This document shows positions 1 through 10,392 of a stretch of DNA of 38,087 nucleotides, piece by piece; position 1 is the stretch's first letter; each line of letters starts with the position of its first letter. The DNA comes from a virus (taxonomy: Duplodnaviria; Caudoviricetes). Both the position numbers and the translations under genes were made by a program. The notes beneath the pieces were generated by a model. That model was not told the origin of the DNA. It was given only the letters and a program-made list of their open reading frames with translations, and ran no database searches. The stretch covers positions 1 to 38,087 of the IMG/VR virus record IMGVR_UViG_3300047474_000437; one strand, written 5' to 3'.

Positions 1-2
1 CT

Positions 3-581
3 ACATTTGCTGACAGTGATGCAATACGATGGCATTTCAATTCAGGCGGCGATATTAGAATTTCTACAGAATTGTCAATTGATAGTGCACCATTATATAT
101 TCCTAGTATTGCTTGGAATGAACTGTTCAATTCGATCGGTGTTATAATTATTAAACATTCTGAAACAGTTTCATCTAATCAGATTGGAACGCCCGGTATT
201 GGATTTACAGGATTAACTTCTGAATGGCAACAGATTTATACACGAATTTATTCAGAATTAGAAAATCCAAGTTTCTTTGGAAATTCATTAACCGTATATG
301 CAAAACTTTCAGGTGATGATAGTATAGAAATTGATGTTACATTAACCAATTGTGACATAAATGATATCAATAATGGATATAATGTAGATGATTTTTATTG
401 CGGTGTTGGAGTAACAGGATCAGATCCTATAGGCACTACCAATGGATCGTATGTTATTGGCGATTTATCTATTGTATTAGCACAGCAACGTGCAGATGAT
501 GCACACACTAGTGGTTTGGGCGTTATAACAGAAATGCCAATCTACAGTGTATTATCAGACATTTCAGAGATCAATAGTTAA
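3..581 (+). CDS. Probable virion structural protein, C-terminal part (5' truncated by window)
   Basis: Frame is open from position 3 (TFADSDAIRWHFNSGGDIRISTELS...), so the TTG at 72 is not the real start. G/T/S/D-rich; the R-x-x-F-N-x-G-G-x-I motif resembles, from recall, jumbo-myophage structural proteins. Confidence 0.5.
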   Translation, partial: TFADSDAIRWHFNSGGDIRISTELSIDSAPLYIPSIAWNELFNSIGVIIIKHSETVSSNQIGTPGIGFTGLTSEWQQIYTRIYSELENPSFFGNSLTVYAKLSGDDSIEIDVTLTNCDINDINNGYNVDDFYCGVGVTGSDPIGTTNGSYVIGDLSIVLAQQRADDAHTSGLGVITEMPIYSVLSDISEINS

Positions 582-597
582 TTATTTTAAATTTATC

Positions 598-626
598 TTG
601 ACATTTTAACCTTATCATGATACTAT
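598..626 (+). promoter_or_regulatory. sigma70-type promoter at the head of the modification locus
   Basis: TTGACA (598-603), 17-nt spacer ending TGA, TACTAT (621-626): extended -10. Confidence 0.7.
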
Positions 627-655
627 AACAAGTATTAATATAATGGAATTATGTA

Positions 656-1000
656 ATGGAAGATATAAAAGATATACTGTCTTACAGAAATACAATGCGC
701 ACTTTCAACCTTAATAAAAAGGTTATGCAAGATAAAACTTCAAGTGCGCTAATACATCATGAAAATGGCGGATCGTTTGATATAACTCAAGAACTTATTG
801 GGTTCTTGAATTATGCGGTTCAACAGAATAAGACAACAATTGTTATTCTTGATAGAAATAATTTACCGATTAAGATAAATGACATTCCTAAATTATTGGA
901 AACTATATCTGATAGATATTTTGAAGTTGTAAATGATTTTTATATTCAATATGAACAATTACGTAGTTCTTCCAAAATTGAAATAGCATTAGAAATATAA
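656..1000 (+). CDS. Hypothetical phage protein
   Basis: 114-aa ORF downstream of the promoter; TAATG overlap with the next gene. Confidence 0.75.
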   Translation: MEDIKDILSYRNTMRTFNLNKKVMQDKTSSALIHHENGGSFDITQELIGFLNYAVQQNKTTIVILDRNNLPIKINDIPKLLETISDRYFEVVNDFYIQYEQLRSSSKIEIALEI

Positions 1001-1860
1001 TGAATGGTATAATAATATTTTCTCATAATAATGGGTATATTGATTACATTAAGATAGCATGCGCAAGTGCAGGCTATGTCAGAAGAAACTTGTCTGGATT
1101 TGATGAAATATGCTTAGTTACAGATGTGGAATCATTATCCGGTAATGAGGAATTAGTCAATACATATTTTGATAGAGTTATAAAAATACCAGTTCCCACT
1201 GATTCTACTATGCGTACTTACCATGACACACATAGAGATAAGGCAGCAGCCAAATTCATCAACACTAACAGAGGCAACATATATGACTTATCACCGTATG
1301 ATGAAACTCTAGTAATTGATTGTGATTATTTTGTCATGACAAATGAATTAGACCGTGTATGGGGAAGTAAAAATGATTTCATGATTACTAAAAACTACAC
1401 CGATATTTGTAATGATAAACTATCTAGCGTTACCAAAATATCAAAAACTAGTATTGATATGTATTGGGCAACGTTGCTTTATTTTAGAAAGAGTGAATTC
1501 ACTTCTATGCTATTCCGTATGATAGATATAATAAAAAATAACTGGCAATGGTATTATATTAGATATTCGTGTAACACAAAACTATATCGTAATGACCATA
1601 CATTTTCAATTGCACTTCATATTATTACAAATGGCAATGATGATATAGTTCCAAACTTGCCCATACATTGCCTGATGAATAGTTTTGACACCGACCGAAT
1701 CTTTAGAATTGATAGTCCTACTAATATTTTAATGCTTACTACGATGAATAAAAAATATACTAGTATGGTTAGGCTTCAAAATACTGATTTGCATATTATG
1801 AACAAACGTAGTATTATAAAAAATATAGATAAATTCTTTGAATACGGAGTTAGTCTATGA
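1000..1860 (+). CDS. GT-A fold glycosyltransferase-like protein (GT8/mannosyltransferase-like)
   Basis: SPYDETLVIDCD DxD motif, ICLVTD, YWATLLYFRK, RNDHTFSIA, C-terminal HIMNK. Confidence 0.7.
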   Translation: MNGIIIFSHNNGYIDYIKIACASAGYVRRNLSGFDEICLVTDVESLSGNEELVNTYFDRVIKIPVPTDSTMRTYHDTHRDKAAAKFINTNRGNIYDLSPYDETLVIDCDYFVMTNELDRVWGSKNDFMITKNYTDICNDKLSSVTKISKTSIDMYWATLLYFRKSEFTSMLFRMIDIIKNNWQWYYIRYSCNTKLYRNDHTFSIALHIITNGNDDIVPNLPIHCLMNSFDTDRIFRIDSPTNILMLTTMNKKYTSMVRLQNTDLHIMNKRSIIKNIDKFFEYGVSL

Positions 1861-2714
1861 GTAGAGGTTATATTATAATTGCTCAAAATTCAGACGTTGA
1901 TCATCTAAGATTGTCATATGCATTAGCACTTAGTATAAAACTTACACAGCAAGAAAATTCAGTTTGTCTATGTGTTGATGGTAGGACCGGCGATAAATTA
2001 GAACAAAAGCATGCAGATATATTCGACTACATAATTGATATACCCTGGACAGATAATGCTGCATCTTCGAAATGGAAAATAGAAAATAAATGGAAGTACA
2101 TTCATATGTCACCATTCGATCAAACTATTATACTTGATTCGGACCAGTTATTTACGGCATCAGTTGACCATTGGTGGGACATACTAAACAAATACGATGT
2201 ATGCTTATGTTCCAATGCCAGAACGTTTAGAGATAAACCAGTAACAAGTGATTACTATCGTAAAAAATTTACAAGTTGTGAACTTCCTGACATATATAGT
2301 AATTTTACTTACTTCAATAAATCTGAAAAATCATTTAAATATTTTCGTTTAGTACAAGATATTATGGAAAATTGGGATTATTATTATTCTGTATTTTTAA
2401 ACGATGAAGGTCAAGATTGGATAAGTGCTGATGTTGCATTCTCTCTTGCTGCAAAGATGTTTTCATTTGATAATTCCATTGCTACTAACACAGTTGTCCC
2501 TCAATTTATACATATGAAAAGCCATATACAGGATATACCAAATACAAGTATATCTTCTGCTTGGAATAAAACATTACCAAGTTATGTAACAGATGATTTA
2601 AAAATTTTTGTTAACAACCAAGAACTATTATTACCATTCCATTATACCGAAAAGGATTGGCTTACAGATTCAATTATTGAAAAATATGAGGATGTTTTAT
2701 GTTCGAGTGTATAA
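1857..2714 (+). CDS. GT-A fold glycosyltransferase-like protein, paralog of 1000-1860
   Basis: SPFDQTIILDSD DxD motif, YSNFTYFNKS, SADVAFSLA, FIHMK; ATGA overlap. Confidence 0.7.
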   Translation: MSRGYIIIAQNSDVDHLRLSYALALSIKLTQQENSVCLCVDGRTGDKLEQKHADIFDYIIDIPWTDNAASSKWKIENKWKYIHMSPFDQTIILDSDQLFTASVDHWWDILNKYDVCLCSNARTFRDKPVTSDYYRKKFTSCELPDIYSNFTYFNKSEKSFKYFRLVQDIMENWDYYYSVFLNDEGQDWISADVAFSLAAKMFSFDNSIATNTVVPQFIHMKSHIQDIPNTSISSAWNKTLPSYVTDDLKIFVNNQELLLPFHYTEKDWLTDSIIEKYEDVLCSSV

Positions 2715-3271
2715 AAACTTTAAAAGATTCGGATGATTACAAAATAGTTTATTTTGATGACAATGGTGAAATCAAATCATTCGAAAACGCTATACTAGCA
2801 GATAGCAATAATACATATGCATACTTCAAAATTTCTGATATTAGTATGTTATTAGATGGTGCACAGAAAATTGATGATTTTCATGTCATTTACAAAAAAG
2901 ATACTCTAAGTTATTATGTTGTCAAAAAAGATAGAAAACACGTTATATCTATAAAAAACAATATACAAAAATTGGAACCACGTGATAACCCAACAATCGT
3001 TATTGATATTATAGATAGTGGATTTTCATTTCAATTAACTAAAAATATATTAGTAGAAACTACATTGCTTGCTAAGTTAAATCAAAATTTCTATATTACG
3101 TTACTAGACGAACCAGATTTTATAATTGATATTCTGAATTTAAATTATGAAAAGTTAATTTCTGGTGAAAAATATACAATTAACTACATACATAAATATA
3201 ATGATATAAGTATGTATATAACTGAAGAAATATTAGAAACTTATTCAATAGAGGATAAAAGAGTAACATGA
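2699..3271 (+). CDS. Hypothetical protein
   Basis: 190-aa ORF overlapping both neighbours in the operon; no motif recognised. Confidence 0.7.
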   Translation: MFECIKTLKDSDDYKIVYFDDNGEIKSFENAILADSNNTYAYFKISDISMLLDGAQKIDDFHVIYKKDTLSYYVVKKDRKHVISIKNNIQKLEPRDNPTIVIDIIDSGFSFQLTKNILVETTLLAKLNQNFYITLLDEPDFIIDILNLNYEKLISGEKYTINYIHKYNDISMYITEEILETYSIEDKRVT

Positions 3272-4224
3272 CTGCCATTATTATAAAAGACTTGGATGTA
3301 TTTTATCTTAGTTATGATGAGCCAAATAAAGAAGAGCATTATGCTGATTTATTAGAAAAATATCCACATGCAAAACGAATTGATGGGGTCAAGGGATTTG
3401 ACAATGCTCACAAGGCATGTGCCCGTGCAAGTAAATCAGATAGGTTTATAACTATTGATGGTGATAACATAGTTGACAAAAAGTTTTTCGACCTTATATT
3501 AAATTTTCCTACTAATGTTGATTTAAGCAAAAGTGTAATATCTTGGGGAGCAAAGAATTTAACAAATGGTTTAGTATATGGTAACGGTGGCATTAAATGT
3601 TGGCCTGTACAACTTGTATTAGATATGAAGACACATGAAAATGCAGATAATGAAACGAAAAAACTTGACTTCTGTTGGGATTTAGATTATAAACAGATGA
3701 ATAACACCTATTCAATGATATTCAATAGTGGATCGCCATTCCAAGCGTTCCGCAGCGGCTTTCGTGAAGGTGTTAAGATGTCATTAGATGAAGGCAAAAT
3801 CATCGAACCGTCTAAATTTAAAACTAAAGTATGGCCAAAGAATTATCACCGATTGCTTACTTGGTGTAATGTTGGCGCAGATATAGAAAATGGTTTATGG
3901 GCAATATATGGCGCCCGTCTAGGATGTTACCGTGTAAACTTTGATGAAACCTTTATCACTGAAAGTATTAGTGATTATGATTGGTTCAAGTCTTATTTCA
4001 ATGATGAAGTATATCCAAAGTTTTTGTCTGATAATTCTGAAGTTGACACTGACTTACTATATGATGAATCATTAGATGTAGGTGATAAATTGGTAGAAAT
4101 GTTGGGAATGGAACTATGCGATCCAACTGTAGAAATGTCAAACTTTTTTAAATTGGTTTACATAAATCCTAAAAGAGTACCAAATCCATTAGCAACGGAA
4201 AAATCAACAGGTTGGGATAGATAA
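3268..4224 (+). CDS. GT-A-like (nucleotide-diphospho-sugar transferase) protein
   Basis: FYLSYDEP, GVKGFDNAHKACA, FITIDGDN (DxD), NGLVYGNGGIKCW, AFRSGFREGVKM. Confidence 0.6.
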   Translation: MTAIIIKDLDVFYLSYDEPNKEEHYADLLEKYPHAKRIDGVKGFDNAHKACARASKSDRFITIDGDNIVDKKFFDLILNFPTNVDLSKSVISWGAKNLTNGLVYGNGGIKCWPVQLVLDMKTHENADNETKKLDFCWDLDYKQMNNTYSMIFNSGSPFQAFRSGFREGVKMSLDEGKIIEPSKFKTKVWPKNYHRLLTWCNVGADIENGLWAIYGARLGCYRVNFDETFITESISDYDWFKSYFNDEVYPKFLSDNSEVDTDLLYDESLDVGDKLVEMLGMELCDPTVEMSNFFKLVYINPKRVPNPLATEKSTGWDR

Positions 4225-5799
4225 ATGGGACAATACGAAGACGAAGCAATTGATGCGAGAGAATCACTGAACAAGATATCGCCATCAATGTGCATGGCCA
4301 AATGGTTACAAGTAAGTTTGCATTTGCCTCAGGGTAGGACACATAGTTGTTATCATCCACCAACACACGCAATTCCGTTAGATGAACTAAAAAAAGATGT
4401 GGGCGCGCTACATAACACTGAGTTTAAAATGCAAGAGCGTAAGCAAATGTTAAACGGTGAACGGCCTTCCGGATGCCAGTATTGCTGGAACGTAGAAGAT
4501 GCACCAGATGCGCCATCGGGCGGACGTTTGAGTGATCGGCATTATCGTTCAAGTGAATGGTGGGCACAAGAAGCGTGGAATGAAGTAGTTAATAATCCAT
4601 TCGATCACAAAATTACTCCACGATATGTAGAAGTTAATTTTAATCAAGCATGTAATCTTAAATGCAGTTATTGTGCACCGCACTTGAGCACCGCCTGGGA
4701 AGACGATATTAAAAAACACGGTAATTTTAAATTTGCCAGTGGAACAGTACATAATGATATTCCTACATTAAAAAAGGCAGGCTGGATGCCACTTGACGTT
4801 GCACGAAAAGATAACCCATACGTTTCTGCATTTTGGGAATGGTTCCCTACAGTATACAAGGATTTGAAAGTCTTTCGTATGACAGGCGGCGAACCTCTTA
4901 TGGATAAAAATACATTTAAGATTTTGGATTATGTGAATAGTAATCCCAATTCGTCGTTGGACTTGAGTATCACATCTAATATGTCACCACCAGATCCAAA
5001 ACTGTTTGATAGGTTTATAGAAAAGATAAAAACACTAGAAGAAGTTAGGATATGGGAAGATCCAAATAAATTTAATCCAGATTCTGGTAATAATTGGTAT
5101 GTAGCACCTGCGTGTAAACACTTTAGTTTATTTGTTAGTGTTGACAGTGTGGGCGACCAAGCAGAATATTTGCGTGACGGCCTAGACTTTGATACAATGT
5201 ATGAAAATTGTCGTAGATTTCTAAGAGAGACTAGTGGTACTGAAATATCATTTATTAATACATTTAATTTACTAAGTATTCCAAATTTAAGGGGATTCTT
5301 ACAAATGATATTAGATTTAAGAGAAGAATTTGGTTATGATAACCAAGATGAAGATTCATTTCAACCACCGGATCATAATGGATATGTTCACCCACCGTTC
5401 ATACGGAAAAAGAGACAGAGAATATGGTTTGATATTCCATACTTACGCTTTCCAGACTGGATGACAATACAATTAGCAGATGATATGCTACTTGATATGA
5501 TCCAAGACAATATCAACTTTATGAAACAGAATGTGCTGTCAAATGAGGACTACAATATATCATATAATGGTTTTAAAAATTACGAAGTCCTGAAACTTGA
5601 ACGAGATTTATCTTGGGCAAAACAAGGAATAAATATGAGTGATGAAACATTAAGTACAAATATAATTAAATTCTATGAATACTTTACAGAGTATGACCGT
5701 AGACGTGGTAAAAATTTCTTAGATACCTTCCCAGAAATGACTGAATTTTGGAATGAATCTAAAGAAGAATATGAGGAAAATCATGGCAAGAGACTTTAA
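4225..5799 (+). CDS. Radical SAM enzyme with N-terminal twitch/SPASM-like domain
   Basis: CNLKCSYC, MTGGEPL; N-terminal CMAKW...SCYH...CQYCW. Confidence 0.9.
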   Translation: MGQYEDEAIDARESLNKISPSMCMAKWLQVSLHLPQGRTHSCYHPPTHAIPLDELKKDVGALHNTEFKMQERKQMLNGERPSGCQYCWNVEDAPDAPSGGRLSDRHYRSSEWWAQEAWNEVVNNPFDHKITPRYVEVNFNQACNLKCSYCAPHLSTAWEDDIKKHGNFKFASGTVHNDIPTLKKAGWMPLDVARKDNPYVSAFWEWFPTVYKDLKVFRMTGGEPLMDKNTFKILDYVNSNPNSSLDLSITSNMSPPDPKLFDRFIEKIKTLEEVRIWEDPNKFNPDSGNNWYVAPACKHFSLFVSVDSVGDQAEYLRDGLDFDTMYENCRRFLRETSGTEISFINTFNLLSIPNLRGFLQMILDLREEFGYDNQDEDSFQPPDHNGYVHPPFIRKKRQRIWFDIPYLRFPDWMTIQLADDMLLDMIQDNINFMKQNVLSNEDYNISYNGFKNYEVLKLERDLSWAKQGINMSDETLSTNIIKFYEYFTEYDRRRGKNFLDTFPEMTEFWNESKEEYEENHGKRL

Positions 5800-7273
5800 A
5801 AAAGGCGAAACACTTCACCAATTCAAAGAACGTGTGATTGATTCTATAAGTGATAGTTATTGTGCAGCGAAATGGTATAATGCAACTATTTGGTTAGGAC
5901 ACGGCCAAACTGCCAGTTGCCACCATCCACCCAGTCACAAAATTCCATTAGAAGAATTAAAAGATAATCCATCTGCAATTCATAATACTATTCATAAGAA
6001 AAAGTTGCGCAAAATGATGCTTAACGGTGAGCGTCCTAGTGAATGCGAATACTGTTGGAAAATTGAAGATATGGGAAAAAATCACATCAGTGATCGTACC
6101 TTCAAAACAGAAACAGTTCCTGAAGATAAAATTTTAGAAAGTGTAGCAGCGAAATGGGATGATGATCCCACACTGACAACACTCGAAATATCGTTTGATA
6201 GAGCGTGTAATCTCAAATGTAGTTATTGTAATCCTACATTCAGCACTGCATGGGTAAAAGATATTAATACATATGGCCCATATGTTGATATTAAGAGTGA
6301 TGGACGTGGCCACTTTGAAACAAACGCTCCCTGGGCTGAACCCCCAACCAAGAGAGAAGAAGATAATCCATATATACAAGCCTTTCATAAATGGTGGGAT
6401 GACGAATTATCTGAATCATTGGACGAAATTAGATTGACCGGTGGCGAACCAATAATGCACACTGGTACTTGGAAATTATTTGATTGGTTTGAAGCCAACC
6501 AAGATTCTGAAATGAGATTTGCTATTAATAGTAATCTTTCACCGGAGTCGCCCAAGGTGTTAGACAAACTAATCGAAAAGGCACAGTTTATAAAAAAATT
6601 ATATATATATACATCGGCAGAATCTACAAAAGATGCTGCTGAATATATTCGTGATGGGCTAAACTATGATCTATGGAAAAATAATATAGATCGTGTTATG
6701 AATGAAACAAATGCCAGTATGCACATGATGATGACAATCAATTCATTATGCTTGCCGACAATAACTGGTTTCTTAGATGAAATGTTAGACCTAAAAGAAA
6801 AATGGAAACACAGAGCACCTATGCTGAGTTTAAATATACTTAGATTCCCATCATTTCAAAGTGTTGCTATTCTGCCTCCTGAATTGAAATCTATATACAA
6901 AGAACAATTAGAAAATTGGTTTTTAGGAGAACGTGCACAAAAATTATGCGGTGATATAGAAAAAGCCAATATTGCAAGACTTATTGATTATTTAGATATA
7001 GTAAAGACCCCTCATAAGAATACTTCCGAAACTGAAAAATTACACCATGACTTTAAAACTTTTTATACACAATATGACATTAGAAGAGGCAAGAATTTTT
7101 CAGAAACATTTAAAGGGCCATTGGCAGACTGGTTTGAATCTATCGATATTATAGTACCAACAAAGGAAGAAATATTAGATAGATCATTTGTTTCTAGTAT
7201 GCCTGCAAGACTCAGGACTAATCCAGCAACTGAAGAACAATATTCTGGCGGCGACGATGAACATGAGATTTAG
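5783..7273 (+). CDS. Radical SAM enzyme with N-terminal twitch/SPASM-like domain, paralog of 4225-5799
   Basis: CNLKCSYC, LTGGEPI; CAAKW...SCHH...CEYCW. Start moved to ATG 5783 (GAGG SD at 5773-5776). Confidence 0.9.
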   Translation: MARDFKKGETLHQFKERVIDSISDSYCAAKWYNATIWLGHGQTASCHHPPSHKIPLEELKDNPSAIHNTIHKKKLRKMMLNGERPSECEYCWKIEDMGKNHISDRTFKTETVPEDKILESVAAKWDDDPTLTTLEISFDRACNLKCSYCNPTFSTAWVKDINTYGPYVDIKSDGRGHFETNAPWAEPPTKREEDNPYIQAFHKWWDDELSESLDEIRLTGGEPIMHTGTWKLFDWFEANQDSEMRFAINSNLSPESPKVLDKLIEKAQFIKKLYIYTSAESTKDAAEYIRDGLNYDLWKNNIDRVMNETNASMHMMMTINSLCLPTITGFLDEMLDLKEKWKHRAPMLSLNILRFPSFQSVAILPPELKSIYKEQLENWFLGERAQKLCGDIEKANIARLIDYLDIVKTPHKNTSETEKLHHDFKTFYTQYDIRRGKNFSETFKGPLADWFESIDIIVPTKEEILDRSFVSSMPARLRTNPATEEQYSGGDDEHEI

Positions 7274-7277
7274 ATAG

Positions 7278-9380
7278 ATGTTTATACTTATTGATTCTAC
7301 CCTTCGTGATTGTGTCACTGAATTTATACTATCTGAATTTAAAATTAAAAACATGTATGAATTGAATTCTGTCATAAAACAACAAATGGATACCATTGTT
7401 GATTCATTGGTAGACGATATCACACTTCTAATAGGGGAAAATAATGATCAATATGCATATAAGAATAGAGAATTTAATGCAACACTTATTAGTAAGAATT
7501 TAAAAATAAAAATATATACCGGTATATCTAAAAAAATTGCAAAAAATAATTACATGTTAGCAGAACAATATTTCACAACTAGTTTTGCAGCACTTGAACC
7601 AATTGAATTTGAAAATGACTGGTACCGTATTGAAGTTTATTGTTACATTGATGGTTCAACCATTGACGGTTTATTATACACAGATGAAATAATAGATATT
7701 GATGATATTAATAACAAGTTTATTAATTATGTTATTGATAACTATTATTCAACTGTTGACGCACACGGAGATTGTTACTACTGTTATGATAGTAATATGA
7801 GTAATTTTGTGCTATCATCTGAAAATGAATTGACAAATATTGATTTTGATTTTATTTCCAAATATTCGTATCATCAGATGATACACGAGGTTGTATGGCA
7901 ATGGTGCATATTCCTGTTCTTAGATAGGTGGCCCCGTGATAAAAATTCACATGCATTGTCTTACATAGAAAATAGCAATAATATTAGTTCATTGGGAAAC
8001 AGATTAATAGATGAATTCTATAAGAAAATTAATAAAAATAGACCAGATAAAAAGTTACCAATACCGTTGCCATCATTGCCCTATACAGAACCACTCCAAA
8101 ATGAAATAACTGAATATAATAAAAAACAATTGTTGGCTGAATACAAATTTAACTATCTGGGGGACCAGAATGCAAATCCAATGTTTGAACATATGGCAAA
8201 CTTTATAATGGATCATGATTGTAATAATATTCTAGATATAGCTTGTGGGCATTCTAGGATTAATGAATTCTTAACTGGTCACCAATATTCGCTAACCGGA
8301 ATAGATAATGATCCAGCTGCTATAGAATACGCAAATATTTTGTATCAAGGCAATAATAATATCAATATATATAACGGCGATATTATGGAGATGGTAGAAA
8401 GAGACACTGATGATAATTTTGATTGCATAGTTATATCAGGATTTTTATACTATATGAAACCTGGAGCATTTAAATATTCTCCGAATGAATTCATTGAAAA
8501 ACTTGTTAAGAAGTTCAGTCCACAATACATTTTGGTATGCGAACCTCGCCCTAGTAAATCTTATTTAACTAGTGACTTATCTGAAGTATTCAGTTCTTGG
8601 CGTTATCAAAGTAAATTCTTTGATTTAGATATACGTATGGGAGAACGAGTTGTGTATGCTTTACATACAGATACAAGACGATCAATATACGAAAGGGATA
8701 TAGTAGCAGAATTTAATCCAGACAGTATGCATAATCATCGTAAAGAACCCGATTATGATGATTCATTATTGTATAATAATGTTTATTTGACTAATACTGA
8801 AACACTTAAAGATGTAGTACCATCAGATGCAACACATTATATTAGTGTGTGTGGTGGACTTAAATGTGTATACCAAGCGTGTATGGATTGGGAGCCAGGA
8901 AGAGATTTCAAAATGACATATATTGATGTTGTTCCAACTGCATTGGACTTTAGAATGTATTTTGATTTTCTATACCCAAAAATTAGAAATCTAACAGATG
9001 TTGCGAAATTCTATAAAAAAGATATTAATTCAGATGTATGGTTTGCAATGGGCGAAGGTAGACATACATCAGAAGCAAATGATGTATTATGCGAGCAACT
9101 TGAATATTTGAACATCCAGGATAAATGGGAAGATTTTATTCAAGCATATAACAAAATTGACAAAGAATACATAAGAATAGATGCGGTTAGTGATATCAGT
9201 ACACTTAATAATATTATTAAGGATGATGCATCATCTAAACTATTTTGGTATAGTAATATACATGATTGGCATCAGTTTAGATACACTGAGGAAGACTTTG
9301 CTATGTGGAAAGAAATACTACTTACATCTAACAATATAAAATTATTAGGTAAGGTGCCTCCGTTTACGAGTTCTCCATAA
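7278..9380 (+). CDS. Multidomain protein: kinase-like N-terminus, class I SAM methyltransferase, second MTase-like domain
   Basis: YDSNMSNFVL...NIDFD (DxxxxN...DFD); ILDIACG, LTGIDND, NGDI, FDCIVISGFLYY; C-terminal ISVCGGL...TYIDVV...WYSNI. Confidence 0.65.
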   Translation: MFILIDSTLRDCVTEFILSEFKIKNMYELNSVIKQQMDTIVDSLVDDITLLIGENNDQYAYKNREFNATLISKNLKIKIYTGISKKIAKNNYMLAEQYFTTSFAALEPIEFENDWYRIEVYCYIDGSTIDGLLYTDEIIDIDDINNKFINYVIDNYYSTVDAHGDCYYCYDSNMSNFVLSSENELTNIDFDFISKYSYHQMIHEVVWQWCIFLFLDRWPRDKNSHALSYIENSNNISSLGNRLIDEFYKKINKNRPDKKLPIPLPSLPYTEPLQNEITEYNKKQLLAEYKFNYLGDQNANPMFEHMANFIMDHDCNNILDIACGHSRINEFLTGHQYSLTGIDNDPAAIEYANILYQGNNNINIYNGDIMEMVERDTDDNFDCIVISGFLYYMKPGAFKYSPNEFIEKLVKKFSPQYILVCEPRPSKSYLTSDLSEVFSSWRYQSKFFDLDIRMGERVVYALHTDTRRSIYERDIVAEFNPDSMHNHRKEPDYDDSLLYNNVYLTNTETLKDVVPSDATHYISVCGGLKCVYQACMDWEPGRDFKMTYIDVVPTALDFRMYFDFLYPKIRNLTDVAKFYKKDINSDVWFAMGEGRHTSEANDVLCEQLEYLNIQDKWEDFIQAYNKIDKEYIRIDAVSDISTLNNIIKDDASSKLFWYSNIHDWHQFRYTEEDFAMWKEILLTSNNIKLLGKVPPFTSSP

Positions 9381-9389
9381 TTTAAACAG

Positions 9390-9397
9390 TATAAATA
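9390..9397 (+). promoter_or_regulatory. T4-type late promoter TATAAATA
   Basis: Exact TATAAATA in the intergenic gap, 5 nt before ATG 9403. Confidence 0.6.
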
Positions 9398-9402
9398 ATC
9401 TT

Positions 9403-10392
9403 ATGAATAATAATATTATTAATAATCCAACACTGTGGTCACTTTTTTCTGATGGGAAAAAACAATGGAAGAATTATGGATATAGACAATTAGACCAGAT
9501 AATACATCATGGTGACCCAAATATCGAAGAACGTTATACTAGTGATTATGATACTAGAACAGATCTGTCAGATGTGGCCTATATAAAATCTAAAAAACAT
9601 ATATTGTTTTTTGGTGATAGTTTCACATACGGACACGGTATCAGTAGCGAACATTCCATTACTAATGTAATGCAACATAAGATTAATGATGATTATATAT
9701 TAATTAATCTAGGTAAGCCCGGGGCAGGCAGTGATAAAGTAGTAGAAATTTTGTGCCAATGGATGAATTGCGAATATGCCAGTAACGCACATACAGTTGT
9801 TGTTAATTTCCCAGATATTTCTCGGGTAACAGAAACAAGGACAGAAAATTTTAAAGATTGGGGAGATAAGAAATCTCAATTATATAATGAGATGGTTAAT
9901 GCCAGCTCTGACCTATTTTTGATGCCCAAATTCTACACTCCGGGCACAGGAGCATTAACCGAAAAAGATTCAAAAAAAATACATGCCGCCTATTATAAAT
10001 ATTTTTGTACTCCAGTAACAGATTTAAAACGACTTGAAAAAAATTTATTATTAATAACATCATTGTGTAAGCTAAACAATATAAATTTAATTTCATGGCA
10101 TTGGAGTAAATATTTAAATTCTTTTTCCGAACCCTGGGAAGAGTATGTTAAAAGTGATGATGAAATTTTTGGAAGCATAATACAAAATTTGCAGAAATCT
10201 TTTCTAGAAAAAGGGTTAATTTACGAAACTATCCTTGATATTCGTGAAAAAGTTATATTGGAATATGAAAATCAATATGGAAATGAAGATACTAGCCGCA
10301 AGCAAATGCGCCTGGCTGACGGACATTATAGTAAAATTGGGAATAAGATATTATCTGACATAATTTATGACACACTTAAAGGAATTATTTAA
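9403..10392 (+). CDS. SGNH/GDSL-fold protein
   Basis: LFFGDSFTYG (block I), INLGKPGAG (block II), DGHYS (block V). Confidence 0.8.
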   Translation: MNNNIINNPTLWSLFSDGKKQWKNYGYRQLDQIIHHGDPNIEERYTSDYDTRTDLSDVAYIKSKKHILFFGDSFTYGHGISSEHSITNVMQHKINDDYILINLGKPGAGSDKVVEILCQWMNCEYASNAHTVVVNFPDISRVTETRTENFKDWGDKKSQLYNEMVNASSDLFLMPKFYTPGTGALTEKDSKKIHAAYYKYFCTPVTDLKRLEKNLLLITSLCKLNNINLISWHWSKYLNSFSEPWEEYVKSDDEIFGSIIQNLQKSFLEKGLIYETILDIREKVILEYENQYGNEDTSRKQMRLADGHYSKIGNKILSDIIYDTLKGII

